DNA from: a bacterium
GTDB taxonomy: Bacteria; UBA8248
Direction: 5' to 3'
Assembly (NCBI GenBank): GCA_965200245.1
Contig: CBDATS010000004.1
Location: 384,001-448,000, forward strand
DNA: 64,000 nt
The first letter of the stretch is position 1, and every line of letters starts with the position of its first letter. Shown one piece after another: positions 30,763 to 40,289 of this stretch. The notes under the pieces were generated by a model that ran no database searches, had not been told where the DNA came from, and worked only from the letters and a program-made list of their open reading frames with translations. A program made the position numbers and the translations under genes.

Positions 30763-31764
30763 CTGAGAACCGTCACGTATTCATTCAACTTTACCTTGCC
30801 GATTACGAACTGGTGCGTAAACCATTGCGGCTACTGCAGTTTCCGCAGCAGCGTACCCACCCTGCTCTCGATGGAAGAGTGCGAACATCTTGCGAAGCAG
30901 GCCTGGGAGCAGGGCGTGGTCGAGGCACTCGTCATGACGGGCGAGGGCATCGACAGGCACAAGGGCCTCAGGAATGAATTGAAAGCCTGGGGGTATGAAT
31001 CCTATGCTGCCTATACGGCTTCGGTGTGCAAAATGTGCCTCGATATCGGCCTCCTGCCCCACGCCAACATCGGCACGCTGGAGGAGTGGGAATTCGAGAT
31101 TCTAAAGCCCTACAACGTTTCCATTGGCATGATGATGGAAACGGTAAGCCCGGAGGCCACGCGCATCGCTCACCGCTCGGCACCCACGAAAACGCCCGAA
31201 GTCCGACTCACCTCCCTGGAAGCAGCGGGCAAGCTTGGAATCGCGTTCACGACAGGAATACTCATCGGCATCGGAGAATCTCCTGAAGAGCGCATCGAGA
31301 CGCTGGAAGCCATCGCTGACTTGCACAGCCGCTACGGGCACATTCAGGAAATTATCCTGCAGCCCCTGAACCCTCAGCCCATGACACCCATGGCCAAGTG
31401 GATGCGTCCGCCGGATGCGGACATCGCGGTGCTGATCCCCGAGGTGCAAAGGCTCATGCCGGGCGTACACATACAGGTCCCGCCGAACCTAGTCGACGAT
31501 TTGCTCGGCCTCATCATGGCGGGGGCGGACGATATCGGCGGCATCGCGCCCGAACCCGATCATATCAACCCGAACCGTCACTGGCCTGTGCTCGGGAATC
31601 TCGACCAGTCTCTCCATCAGGAAGGCATCGCGCTGCGACTGCGGATGCCCGTGTATGATGAATTCATCGAGGCGGGCTGGTGTCCGCCCGAAACCATGCC
31701 CGCGCTGCGCCGGATGCTGGCGAGGCGCGAAGCGCAGGAAACCCTGCCCCTGGAGATCGTATGA
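30763..31764 (+). CDS. cofG: FO synthase subunit CofG
   Basis: Radical SAM CVNHCGYC preceded by VTYSFNFTLP; LLPHANIG, GMMMET, FTTGILIGIGE, IQVPPNL, DHINP. Probable CTG start at 30763. Confidence 0.85.
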   Translation: MRTVTYSFNFTLPITNWCVNHCGYCSFRSSVPTLLSMEECEHLAKQAWEQGVVEALVMTGEGIDRHKGLRNELKAWGYESYAAYTASVCKMCLDIGLLPHANIGTLEEWEFEILKPYNVSIGMMMETVSPEATRIAHRSAPTKTPEVRLTSLEAAGKLGIAFTTGILIGIGESPEERIETLEAIADLHSRYGHIQEIILQPLNPQPMTPMAKWMRPPDADIAVLIPEVQRLMPGVHIQVPPNLVDDLLGLIMAGADDIGGIAPEPDHINPNRHWPVLGNLDQSLHQEGIALRLRMPVYDEFIEAGWCPPETMPALRRMLARREAQETLPLEIV

Positions 31765-33014
31765 ACGCCCTTTTTGCCCATGAAGTCCTCGACGCATTCG
31801 AGGCGGGAGAGGAAATATCGCGGGAAGGAGCAACCGCCCTGCTCACGGAAAAGGATGAGGGATTCACCGAGCGCCTTTATGAGACGGCGGACGCAGAGAG
31901 AAAACAGGCCGTCGGCGACGAGGTGAGTTACGTCATCAACGCGAACGTGAATTTCACGAACGTGTGCTATACGGATTGCAAGTATTGCGGCTTCTGGCGG
32001 CGGCCGAATGCGCCGGACGCCTATACGCATGATGACGACGTGTTGCGCCAAAAATTCGAGCGCGCAAGGGACTTCGGTGTGCGTGAAATCTGCATGCAGG
32101 GAGGGCTGAATCCCCAGGTATCGATCGACCGCTACGAGGAGGTGCTCAGGCTCGCGCGCGAAGTGATTCCCGGTGTTCACATGCACACCTACTCGCCCGC
32201 GGAAGTCGACCACATCCAGCGAAAAACCAGGCTGCCGCTCGAAGTGGTGCTCACAAGGCTCAAAGACGCAGGGCTCGGCTCCGTTCCCGGAACGGCAGCA
32301 GAGATCCTCGTGGAAAGGGTGAAAAAGCTCATTAGCCCGGGAAGAATCCCCGTCGAGAGATGGTGCGAGATCATCAGAACTGCTCATGCCGTGGGCATCC
32401 CGACGACTTCCACCGTCATGTACGGTCACATCGAGAGCAGCGCCGATTTGGCCGAGCACATGGATATTCTCCGTACGATGCAGAATGACTCGCTCAAGAC
32501 CGGGGGTGAGGGCCGATTCACAGAGTTCGTTCCCTTGCCCTTTATCCCGTATGACAACAAGATGGGCGAGGAATTCGGCATCGAGGAGATGGCGGATATC
32601 GAAACCATTCTTAAACTCCACGCTGTCGCCCGCCTCTTCTTCCGGGAAACGATCACCAACATCCAGGTGGCGTGGCCCAAGATTGGAATCGATGCTGCGA
32701 AAAAGGCGCTCTCTCTTGGGGTGAACGACCTAGGCGGAACGCTGATCGAGGAGAACATCTCCAGAGAGTCGGGCTCGGAATACGGGCAAAGCCTGAGCCC
32801 CAGACAGTTCAACGACGCTATCCTGGGAGCAGGGCGCATCCCCGTTCAGCGCACGACGACATACGACATCATCCGCGAAGACGACCCGAGATACCGCCAC
32901 CCCCGCGCAGACGACGAGGCCCTGCTCGGTGCCGGTTTCTCGGGCGGAAAAAAGGTGGGCGACTTCATCTCGGAAAACCATCTGGGCTTCTCGGGCATCG
33001 AACGCCCCCGCTAA
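31761..33014 (+). CDS. cofH: FO synthase subunit CofH
   Basis: NVNFTNVCYTDCKYC, MQGG, PGTAAEIL, TSTVMYGHIE, FTEFVPLPF, NDLGGTLIEENISR; overlaps the cofG stop. Confidence 0.9.
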   Translation: MNALFAHEVLDAFEAGEEISREGATALLTEKDEGFTERLYETADAERKQAVGDEVSYVINANVNFTNVCYTDCKYCGFWRRPNAPDAYTHDDDVLRQKFERARDFGVREICMQGGLNPQVSIDRYEEVLRLAREVIPGVHMHTYSPAEVDHIQRKTRLPLEVVLTRLKDAGLGSVPGTAAEILVERVKKLISPGRIPVERWCEIIRTAHAVGIPTTSTVMYGHIESSADLAEHMDILRTMQNDSLKTGGEGRFTEFVPLPFIPYDNKMGEEFGIEEMADIETILKLHAVARLFFRETITNIQVAWPKIGIDAAKKALSLGVNDLGGTLIEENISRESGSEYGQSLSPRQFNDAILGAGRIPVQRTTTYDIIREDDPRYRHPRADDEALLGAGFSGGKKVGDFISENHLGFSGIERPR

Positions 33015-33033
33015 TCGGCCGGAGAAAAAAACC

Positions 33034-34476
33034 TTGAACGAACTTCACCACCCCTCCTTCAAAGACATGATGAACGACGTTGTGGACGCGGGCAGTTGCT
33101 GCGAGTGCGGAAGCTGCGTCCTCGTCTGCCCGCATAACGTTATCGAATATATCGACTCCAAGCCCAAGCAGACGGCCAAGGCGAAGGCAGATTTCGATTT
33201 CTGCGGCATCAGCGTGGGGGTGGGCTGCGACGTCTGCGCGTCGGTATGCCCGAGGCTCTGGCCAAGAGAGATTCACTTGAAGGACGCCACCTTCCAGGAG
33301 ACGAGAAGCGAGATATACGAGGGCATCTTCGGCGCCTATCAGCACATCTTCATGGCGAGGACCAAACGCGACGACGTGATGGAACGTGCCCAGGACGGCG
33401 GCATCGTTACGGCGCTCCTGGCATGGGCACTCCAGGCGGGTGTCATCGACGGCGCGGTGGTCTCCGCCGTCGGTGAGGACGACCCGCCTTGTGACCCAAG
33501 CCCAAAGGTCGCCACGACATATGAGGAGATCCGCGCGAGTGCGGGCAGCTGGTACACCTACTGTCCGAACAACCTGGCGCTCGAAGAGGTGCAAAAAAGA
33601 GATCTCAGGAAAGTCGGCTTCGTGGGTGTTCCCTGCCAGGTCACGCCCGTGCGCAAGATGGAGTTCATCGACCCCTCTTTTCTGGTCTCGCACAAGAAAA
33701 GGCCCCAGCACATCCAGAAGCAGCGCGGCTTCCTGAGAGGTTTCTCGGATCGCGTGGCGTTCCAAATCGGCCTGTTCTGCACGGAAGTCTTCACCTTCAA
33801 CCTCATGACGGAGAAAATCGAAAAGGACCTGGGCATCCCTCTCACGGAAGTGGCGAAGTTCAACGTGAAGGGTGAGGTACTCGTCCACAAGAAAGACGGG
33901 GAACTCGTCACCTTCTCACTCCAGGAGGCGATGGAGAACTATCAACGTCCCGAATGCCAGCACTGCGCGGATTTCTCCGCCGAACTCGCGGACATCGCCT
34001 GCGGAGGCGTAGGCACGCGGGGCTGGACCATCGTGGTGCTGCGAACCGAGAAGGGCAAGGAGATCTGGAGCGAATTCGAAAAGGAGGGCCTCGTTGAGAT
34101 TCAGCCGATACAGGAGAACCGGCGGGCATGGAACATCCTGCACATTCTGGCAAGAAGACAGCGCAATCGCGTGCCGACCATGAGCCATAGAAGCGGCACC
34201 CCGGCCGGTCTCCCCCAATACGACCCGTTCGAGGGTGCCAGTTTCGCCTCGCAAAGAATGGCCGACAGTCCCAAGACGCCAGAGGAGTTGGAGAACTGCC
34301 TCGCCACGGCCTATGGGGAAGAGGATCGCCCCGCCGGCATACGCGGCTTCCTGGCGGGTCGGCCCATTCCGAACGACCCGGGAGACCCGCCCCCCGGGGA
34401 GAAACGCAAACTTCCACCACCCCCGAGCCCGGCCGAGGGCGGCGCCCCGCCGGGTTGGACACCTCAAGAGTCATAA
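33034..34476 (+). CDS. F420-binding FrhB/FdhB/FpoF-family flavoprotein with N-terminal 2x[4Fe-4S] domain
   Basis: CCECGSCVLVCP, CDVCASVCP, QDGGIVTALL, AGSWY, VGVPCQ, IGLFCTE, CQHCADFSAELADIACG; Pro-rich C-terminal tail. Confidence 0.85.
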   Translation: MNELHHPSFKDMMNDVVDAGSCCECGSCVLVCPHNVIEYIDSKPKQTAKAKADFDFCGISVGVGCDVCASVCPRLWPREIHLKDATFQETRSEIYEGIFGAYQHIFMARTKRDDVMERAQDGGIVTALLAWALQAGVIDGAVVSAVGEDDPPCDPSPKVATTYEEIRASAGSWYTYCPNNLALEEVQKRDLRKVGFVGVPCQVTPVRKMEFIDPSFLVSHKKRPQHIQKQRGFLRGFSDRVAFQIGLFCTEVFTFNLMTEKIEKDLGIPLTEVAKFNVKGEVLVHKKDGELVTFSLQEAMENYQRPECQHCADFSAELADIACGGVGTRGWTIVVLRTEKGKEIWSEFEKEGLVEIQPIQENRRAWNILHILARRQRNRVPTMSHRSGTPAGLPQYDPFEGASFASQRMADSPKTPEELENCLATAYGEEDRPAGIRGFLAGRPIPNDPGDPPPGEKRKLPPPPSPAEGGAPPGWTPQES

Positions 34477-34477
34477 G

Positions 34478-35113
34478 TTGGATACCTCCTCCGCCATACA
34501 AAAAAACCAGGCGCTCTCCATTTCACTCAATGAGGCACTGTACAAAAGGCGCTCCATCCGGCATTTCACGACGCAAGCCGTTCCAATGGAAATACTCGAA
34601 ACCGCTCTCGCCGCCGCGTGCCTGGCTCCCAGCCCGCACGGGACGAGCCCCTGGCGGTTTTGCATACTCGATTCCAGGGTGGCGAGAGAAACCCTGGCCA
34701 CCGAAATGGGGAAAAATTTTCTGCGCGACATGGAGGCGGAGGGCGTTTCCGAAGAGGAGCGCACCCGCAGGCATCAGGGGAGTATTCGCCTGCTCACCGG
34801 AGCGCCCGCGCTTATCATGGCGTCGCTCTCCTTCACGGACCTGGACGTTTACAAAGAGCCCGCGAAACAGGCCAACGAATGGATGATGGCCGAACACAGC
34901 CTGGGCGGCGCTCTACAGAACCTGATGCTCGCCTTGGCGGCCCAGGGAGTGGGTTCGGTGTGGCGCTGCGCTCCTTTGTTCTGTCCCGAAACGGCCAGAA
35001 CGGCCCTGGACCTGCCTGCAGACTGGCTGCCAAGGGCTCTCATCGTGGCAGGCTATCCCTCGCAACAGCCCCCTCCCAAAGAAACGCCAAGACCGATGCT
35101 GATCGTCCGATGA
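34478..35113 (+). CDS. Nitroreductase-fold protein resembling the FbiB C-terminal domain/FbiE (dehydro-F420 reductase)
   Basis: RRSIRHF, APSPHGTSPWRF, QNLMLALAAQGVGSVWRCAPLFCPE; lies inside the cof operon. Confidence 0.8.
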   Translation: MDTSSAIQKNQALSISLNEALYKRRSIRHFTTQAVPMEILETALAAACLAPSPHGTSPWRFCILDSRVARETLATEMGKNFLRDMEAEGVSEEERTRRHQGSIRLLTGAPALIMASLSFTDLDVYKEPAKQANEWMMAEHSLGGALQNLMLALAAQGVGSVWRCAPLFCPETARTALDLPADWLPRALIVAGYPSQQPPPKETPRPMLIVR

Positions 35114-36066
35114 GCTTTTCCGGCCCGGTCGTTGCGCTTGCTGGCGGAGTGGGAGGTGCGAAGCTCGCCGTCGGTCTCGCGCATGCACTTCCCGAGGGGA
35201 CACTCACCGTCGTCGTGAATACGGCGGACGACCTGGTACTTCACGGCCTGCACATAAGTCCCGACATCGACACCGTGATGTACAACCTCGCAGGAATGTC
35301 CAACCCCGAGACGGGTTGGGGCATCAACGGCGACGGGACGAGCGCGCTCGACCTTTTGGGCCGCTACGGGGGGCCGACCTGGTTCCGGCTGGGCGATATG
35401 GACCTGGCGACCCATATTCGTCGAACCCAGCGCCTAGCCGAGGGTGCGCGCCTGACGAAAGTGACGCGCGAACTTGCCGCTTCCCTGGGCATCAAGGCGA
35501 ACATTCTGCCCATGACGGACTCTCCCATCGCCACGCGTGTCAAAACGCCGGAAGGGGAACTCGAGTTCCAAGACTACTTCGTGGCCAGGGGAACCAGGCC
35601 GAGCGTTTGCGGCGTAAGGTTTCAGGGGGCAGACGAGGCGCGCGCCACACCGGAAGTAATGCGTGCGTTCGATGAGGCGCGCGCTATCGTATTCTGCCCA
35701 TCGAACCCGATTGTGAGCATCGGCCCCATTCTCGCGATTTCGGACATCCACAAACGCCTGCGTCGTGCGTCCGTGCCGCGCGTGGGAGTGAGTCCCATCA
35801 TAGGAGGAACAGCCTTGAGGGGTCCGGCCGCCGAGATGCTCAGAAGTCTGGGGCATGACGTGTCGGCCTTGGGCGTCGCCCGGATTCTCAGGGACGTTCT
35901 TGACGGGTTCGTCGTGGACACCGAGGACGAAGCACTGGTCGCGTCCATCGAGGAGTTGGGGCTTGAGAGCATCGCGCTTCCCAGTATCATGTCCAACGCA
36001 GATTCCAAGAAAAAACTGGCGGAGGGCGTTTTGGCGTTCGCCTCATCCGTACGAAAGATGGCATAA
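35110..36066 (+). CDS. cofD: 2-phospho-L-lactate/PEP transferase
   Basis: LAGGVGGAK, VNTADD, ISPDIDTVMY, WFRLGDMDLATH, FQDYFV, PSNPIVSIGPIL. Confidence 0.95.
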   Translation: MSFSGPVVALAGGVGGAKLAVGLAHALPEGTLTVVVNTADDLVLHGLHISPDIDTVMYNLAGMSNPETGWGINGDGTSALDLLGRYGGPTWFRLGDMDLATHIRRTQRLAEGARLTKVTRELAASLGIKANILPMTDSPIATRVKTPEGELEFQDYFVARGTRPSVCGVRFQGADEARATPEVMRAFDEARAIVFCPSNPIVSIGPILAISDIHKRLRRASVPRVGVSPIIGGTALRGPAAEMLRSLGHDVSALGVARILRDVLDGFVVDTEDEALVASIEELGLESIALPSIMSNADSKKKLAEGVLAFASSVRKMA

Positions 36067-36118
36067 GGAGTTTCAGGTACACTCCAAGATACGATTCCTT
36101 TTCACGACCCCGGGATGG

Positions 36119-36775
36119 ATGATGAGTTTCAAGAGCCCTTACGTCGCCCTGATACCCGTTCGCGATTTCAGAACCGGAAAATCGAGGCTCGCGCAAACGC
36201 TGGACGAGAACACAAGAAATCAGTTGGGTCGATGGATGCTCGAACGCGTCCTAAAGGCCGTCGGGAATGCCGGGCGTATTGATGAGATCGCTGTGTTGAG
36301 CGATTCCGCGGAAGTCCTGACACTCGCCGGGGAATACGGCGCGGTCGGTTTACTCCAGGAATCACGCGGCCTGAACCAGGATCTGGAAATTGGTCGATCC
36401 TGGGCGAGAAGCAGAAACGCCCGTTCGTTATTTGTCGTCCACGGAGATCTGCCGTTTCTGACGACGGAAGAGGTGAACGCTTTTCTGGAAGAACGAAAGC
36501 CGCCTGAAAACGCCGAGTGCGATATACGCATCGCCCGCTCGAAGGATGGCGGTACGACCGCGCTGTTCACCCGGCCGATCGACGCCATTCCCTTTCTGTT
36601 CGGGGAGCACAGCTTCGAGGAACACAACAAGGCCGCGAAGATATCCGGCTGCGAGGCGCAGCCTTTTGAATCGTTTGGCTTCGCGCAGGACATCGACTCG
36701 CCCGAGGACCTCGAATTCCTGCTCTCCCATATTGGGGAAGCGCCGGAGTGGCTCGCTTCCGCTCCCATGAGATGA
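36119..36775 (+). CDS. cofC: 2-phospho-L-lactate/PEP guanylyltransferase
   Basis: LIPVR...GKSRL, GLN, HGDLP, DGGT, FGEHSF, DIDSPEDL. Start uncertain. Confidence 0.9.
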   Translation: MMSFKSPYVALIPVRDFRTGKSRLAQTLDENTRNQLGRWMLERVLKAVGNAGRIDEIAVLSDSAEVLTLAGEYGAVGLLQESRGLNQDLEIGRSWARSRNARSLFVVHGDLPFLTTEEVNAFLEERKPPENAECDIRIARSKDGGTTALFTRPIDAIPFLFGEHSFEEHNKAAKISGCEAQPFESFGFAQDIDSPEDLEFLLSHIGEAPEWLASAPMR

Positions 36776-37533
36776 ACAGCGTAGAAATCATCCCAGTCAC
36801 CGGTTTGCCGGAAATCAAGGAGGGTGACGCGCTCGCCCACTTGATCCTGAATGCACTCGAAGCAGACGGTGTGAAAATACAGGATCGGGACATCCTTGTC
36901 CTCGCTCAAAAGATCATCAGCAAGGCCGAGGGCAGGGTTTTGGACCTGAAAAGCATCGAACCTTCCCGGGAAGCGCTGGAAATCGCCAATCGCGACGGGC
37001 GCGACCCCAGACTGGTGGAAGCGGTGCTCGGTGAGTCGAACGAGATCGTCGCCGCTTCTGAACGGGCACTCATCGTCGAGCATCGCTCAGGGGCAGTATG
37101 CGCCCATGCGGGAATAGACCGCTCAAACTTAAGAGGCGGCAAAGATGAGGTACTGCTTCTGCCCCGTGACGCCGACCTCTCCGCCAGGGAACTCCATCAA
37201 GAAATGAAAAGCGCGGCGAACGCATTCGTTCCCGTCCTTATCGCAGACACACAGGGGCGCGCGTTCCGGCGGGGCGTTGTCGGCGTGGCGATAGGGTGCG
37301 CAGGCCTTGAGCCTCTTGTGGACCTGAGAGGAGAGAAAGACCGTAGCGGCCGTATGCTTGAGATTACCATACTCGCGCACGCAGATGAAATCGCGGCGGC
37401 GGCCAGCCTCGTGATGGGACAGGACAAGCAGGGGGTTCCCGCCGTCTTGATTCGCGGGCTGGACTACCATGAGGGCAACGCTCCCGCGCGTTCGCTTTAC
37501 CGAAAGAAAGAAGAAGACCTGTTTCGCCCATGA
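36772..37533 (+). CDS. cofE: F420-0:gamma-glutamyl ligase
   Basis: GLPEIKEGD, KIISKAEGR, AGIDRSN, DTQGRAFRRG, DEIAAAASLVMG. Confidence 0.95.
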   Translation: MNSVEIIPVTGLPEIKEGDALAHLILNALEADGVKIQDRDILVLAQKIISKAEGRVLDLKSIEPSREALEIANRDGRDPRLVEAVLGESNEIVAASERALIVEHRSGAVCAHAGIDRSNLRGGKDEVLLLPRDADLSARELHQEMKSAANAFVPVLIADTQGRAFRRGVVGVAIGCAGLEPLVDLRGEKDRSGRMLEITILAHADEIAAAASLVMGQDKQGVPAVLIRGLDYHEGNAPARSLYRKKEEDLFRP

Positions 37534-37563
37534 AACCACAACCTTTCATATGAGGAAACGCCC

Positions 37564-37896
37564 ATGGCTATACTTCACTGGAACGACGTCGAGGAAAGAC
37601 AACTGAACAACATCATCCGGGGCAGAATCGTGAAGACGGACAACGTGATGGCGTGCCGGATTACGGCGAAGACCGGAAGCCCCATCAAAACGCACACACA
37701 CGAGTTTGACCAGATTACGCACATGATTCGCGGAAAGCTGAAGTTCCACTCGGGAGACGAGGATTACCAAGTCGTCGAGGCGGGAGATGTCATGATCTTT
37801 CCGGCTGGAACCCCGCACGGCGGGGAAGTTCTCGAAGAAGCGGAATACATTGACATGTTCTCGCCGCCGAATCCAGATTTTCAGTGGGACAAATAA
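37564..37896 (+). CDS. Cupin domain protein
   Basis: HTHEFDQ...G.L and AGD...P.GTPHG cupin motifs; SD GAGG. Confidence 0.85.
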   Translation: MAILHWNDVEERQLNNIIRGRIVKTDNVMACRITAKTGSPIKTHTHEFDQITHMIRGKLKFHSGDEDYQVVEAGDVMIFPAGTPHGGEVLEEAEYIDMFSPPNPDFQWDK

Positions 37897-38094
37897 CCGC
37901 TTGGCTTGAAAGCGTTTCGGAGCGATCAACCTACCCCACCCTGCCTGCGAAAGACGGTACTCCCCTATCGGAAGGGCTGACTTATAGCTTTTGAATCGTC
38001 TGAGGCTTGCATTTTTCCTCTCTCCTGTATTCAGACGCAAGGTTTCTCACCCTTACGTAGATGCCATTGCGCCCGTCTTTCTGGCTCTTGTTCT

Positions 38095-38327
38095 GCGTGT
38101 CTTCGAAGGCCAGTCCTGAATGAGAAAACTCTACGCCAGCACGAGATCCACGATCGAGTCCGCGACATCTGCAAGACCCAGAACCACTTGGCCGGGGCCT
38201 GGGATATGTGCCTCGGGAATGTTCAGGCCACGCCTGATCAACTTCCACCAGGAAGTGTTCGCTTTTTCACCCGGTCGCAGATGTTGGTGCATGATACATC
38301 CAACAGCACCGCTGCCTGCACAACGGC
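38095..38327 (-). pseudogene. Decayed HTH/antitoxin-like gene remnant
   Basis: Joined frames read QAAVLLDVSCTNICDRVKKRTL/WKLIRRGLNIPEAHIPGPGQVVLGLADVADSIVDLVLA*SFLIQDWP, with a frameshift and a TAG at 38131-38133. Confidence 0.45.
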
Positions 38328-38487
38328 TATAATTTAGGGCAAAATGTCTTGAATACGAGCCGTACTAATAAGAGGAAATGCGTGTTTTGTGTATTTTTAT
38401 GCAGAATTCTGATTTTGTTGATTGTCAAAGTGAAGATAATTCGGTAACATACAGAAAATAATGGGGTTGTGGGCAATGTAGATAACC

Positions 38488-39879
38488 TTGGCGTCTACAG
38501 GATCCAAACGATTCGCTCACCGGCCCGAAATTTCCCGGATTCGCCGAACGTTACAGACCGCCCTTTCGACAACACGGACCAGGGCTCAACTTATGTGGGG
38601 CGTTACCCAACCGACCTTGAACTTCATCCAGAACTTCTCCTGGAACCATATGATCGATATCGGGTTCATGTGGTTCCTGCTGTATCAGGTTTACATCCGC
38701 TTCAAGGGCACTCAGGCGATGCGCCTTCTCGTGCGTGTGTTCGGAGTGTGGCTCGTCTACCTCGCCTCGCAGGCCGCGGGCCTGCACCTGACCTCGTTCC
38801 TGCTGTGGGCTATCTGGATCGCCGTCCTCATCTTGTTTCTCATCAATTTCCACGGGGAAATCCAGAAGATATTCTTCCAGCTCAACCCGATGCGCAGATT
38901 CTCCACCCTTTTTCGCCGTGCGATGCGCATCCGCCTGCCGGACGAAAGTATCACTACCATCGCCCAATCCGTTTTTTCGCTCGCGGCGAAACAAATGGGC
39001 GCGATCATCGTCGTGGAGCAACGGGATTTAACCGATTCCCTGCTAAGAAGTCCTGGTGAAGAGATTGAAGCGGATATCCAGCTGGCCCTGTTGGAAACCA
39101 TCTTCTTCAAGGGAGCACCCTACCACGACGGTGCCGCCATAGTCCGAAAGAACAAGGTCTCGCGCGTGGGATGTGTTTTGCCCCTTTCCGAAAACCATGC
39201 CCTGCCGGCGGAGTTCGGCACGCGCCACAGGGCGGCAGTGGGTATCACGGAGCGATGCGACGCCCTGGCGATCGTCATATCTGAAGAACGTGGAGAGGTC
39301 ACCTGCGTGGAAGGCGGCCAAATCAAGGCGATGCAGAACAAAGACGAACTCTCCTCCTGGCTTATGGCGCGGCAGCGCGCGGCCCGTGAGGCGGGGCAGA
39401 CGAAAGGGCGCGTATCAATCGGCAATCTTTTCGAGAACTGGCGGCCCAAGCTTGCCGCACTGGCTGCCGTCATATTCCTGTGGTCGCTCGTCGGGCAGGA
39501 ACACCAAAACCCGCAGAACTTCTTCCCGCAACTCGAAAGCAAGGTGGAAGAGGAATTCCGCGTACCAGTGCATTACTACAACATCCCGAACGGGGTCGTC
39601 CTGCCGGCCGATGTGTCGAAAGAAGTCACAATTCGCCTGAGAGGCAGGCGAGATATCCTCAATTACATCGACCCTACACGTCTGCGCGTAAACGTGAACC
39701 TGGCCCAAATGACGCCGGGTGCGCATTCGCGCACGCTCACGGGCCGTGACATCGATCTCCCGAGCGGTCTTGAATTCCTAGGCGCGGAACCGAAAACTGT
39801 GGAGGTGAACCTCGGAGAAGTACCAAAGCCCGAGAAAATGACGAAATCGAGTGCCTCCACCGAGACACCCGATTCCTGA
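38488..39879 (+). CDS. cdaA: Diadenylate cyclase (CdaA/DisA_N) fused to a YbbR/CdaR-like domain
   Basis: N-terminal TM helices, GAIIVVE, HDGA, GTRHRAAVG, SEERGEV; a further TM, then a YbbR-like 'VPVHYYNIP...V.IRLRG' domain. Start uncertain. Confidence 0.9.
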   Translation: MASTGSKRFAHRPEISRIRRTLQTALSTTRTRAQLMWGVTQPTLNFIQNFSWNHMIDIGFMWFLLYQVYIRFKGTQAMRLLVRVFGVWLVYLASQAAGLHLTSFLLWAIWIAVLILFLINFHGEIQKIFFQLNPMRRFSTLFRRAMRIRLPDESITTIAQSVFSLAAKQMGAIIVVEQRDLTDSLLRSPGEEIEADIQLALLETIFFKGAPYHDGAAIVRKNKVSRVGCVLPLSENHALPAEFGTRHRAAVGITERCDALAIVISEERGEVTCVEGGQIKAMQNKDELSSWLMARQRAAREAGQTKGRVSIGNLFENWRPKLAALAAVIFLWSLVGQEHQNPQNFFPQLESKVEEEFRVPVHYYNIPNGVVLPADVSKEVTIRLRGRRDILNYIDPTRLRVNVNLAQMTPGAHSRTLTGRDIDLPSGLEFLGAEPKTVEVNLGEVPKPEKMTKSSASTETPDS

Positions 39880-39968
39880 AGTTTCAAGACTTCTCTTTTC
39901 TCTTCAGATGCCTGAATTTCAAGCGAACCGAGAATTTTCTTTTTTCAGACAGAGAAACCATATTGAAA

Positions 39969-40095
39969 GAACCGGGCCTACCCCGCCAAGACGTCCAGGG
40001 CGACTAGAGACGCCAATCGGGCAAACCATCTTTGATGGATTGCTGCGTCAACCGAGTGAGGTGGGAGAAGGCGACTCATGAAGTGGCTCCGGTCC
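39969..40095 (+). ncRNA. Candidate multi-stem structured RNA
   Basis: Closing helix ACCGG-GCC/GGC-T-CCGGT encloses CGCC/GGCG, GACGC..CCATC-TTT-GATGG..GCGTC and GAGT/ACTC stems. Confidence 0.25.
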
Positions 40096-40130
40096 GGATT
40101 CTGGAAACCTTTCCAAAGAAGGAGGATGCG

Positions 40131-40220
40131 ATGGCGTCTACGATAAATCGCTTCAGCCGTGCGGAAACGACACCCTCCCCGGCCCCATCGCATTGGCCGG
40201 GCGGGGAGGTATATATATAG
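40131..40220 (+). CDS. Candidate 29-aa small peptide
   Basis: AAGGAGG SD 5 nt before ATG; MASTINRFSRAETTPSPAPSHWPGGEVYI; terminator downstream. Confidence 0.3.
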   Translation: MASTINRFSRAETTPSPAPSHWPGGEVYI

Positions 40221-40289
40221 GCCGATGCCCATTGGAAAGGCGACAAAACGCCTTTTCGGGATGAAAGGAATTCTCATCTCAAAAGGAAC

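Noticed and set aside
40015-40055. GGGCAAACCAT...ATGG as a c-di-GMP-I riboswitch, or a c-di-AMP riboswitch after cdaA
   Set aside because: Lacks the GNRA loop and following GACGCAAAG of c-di-GMP-I, and lacks the ydaO consensus.
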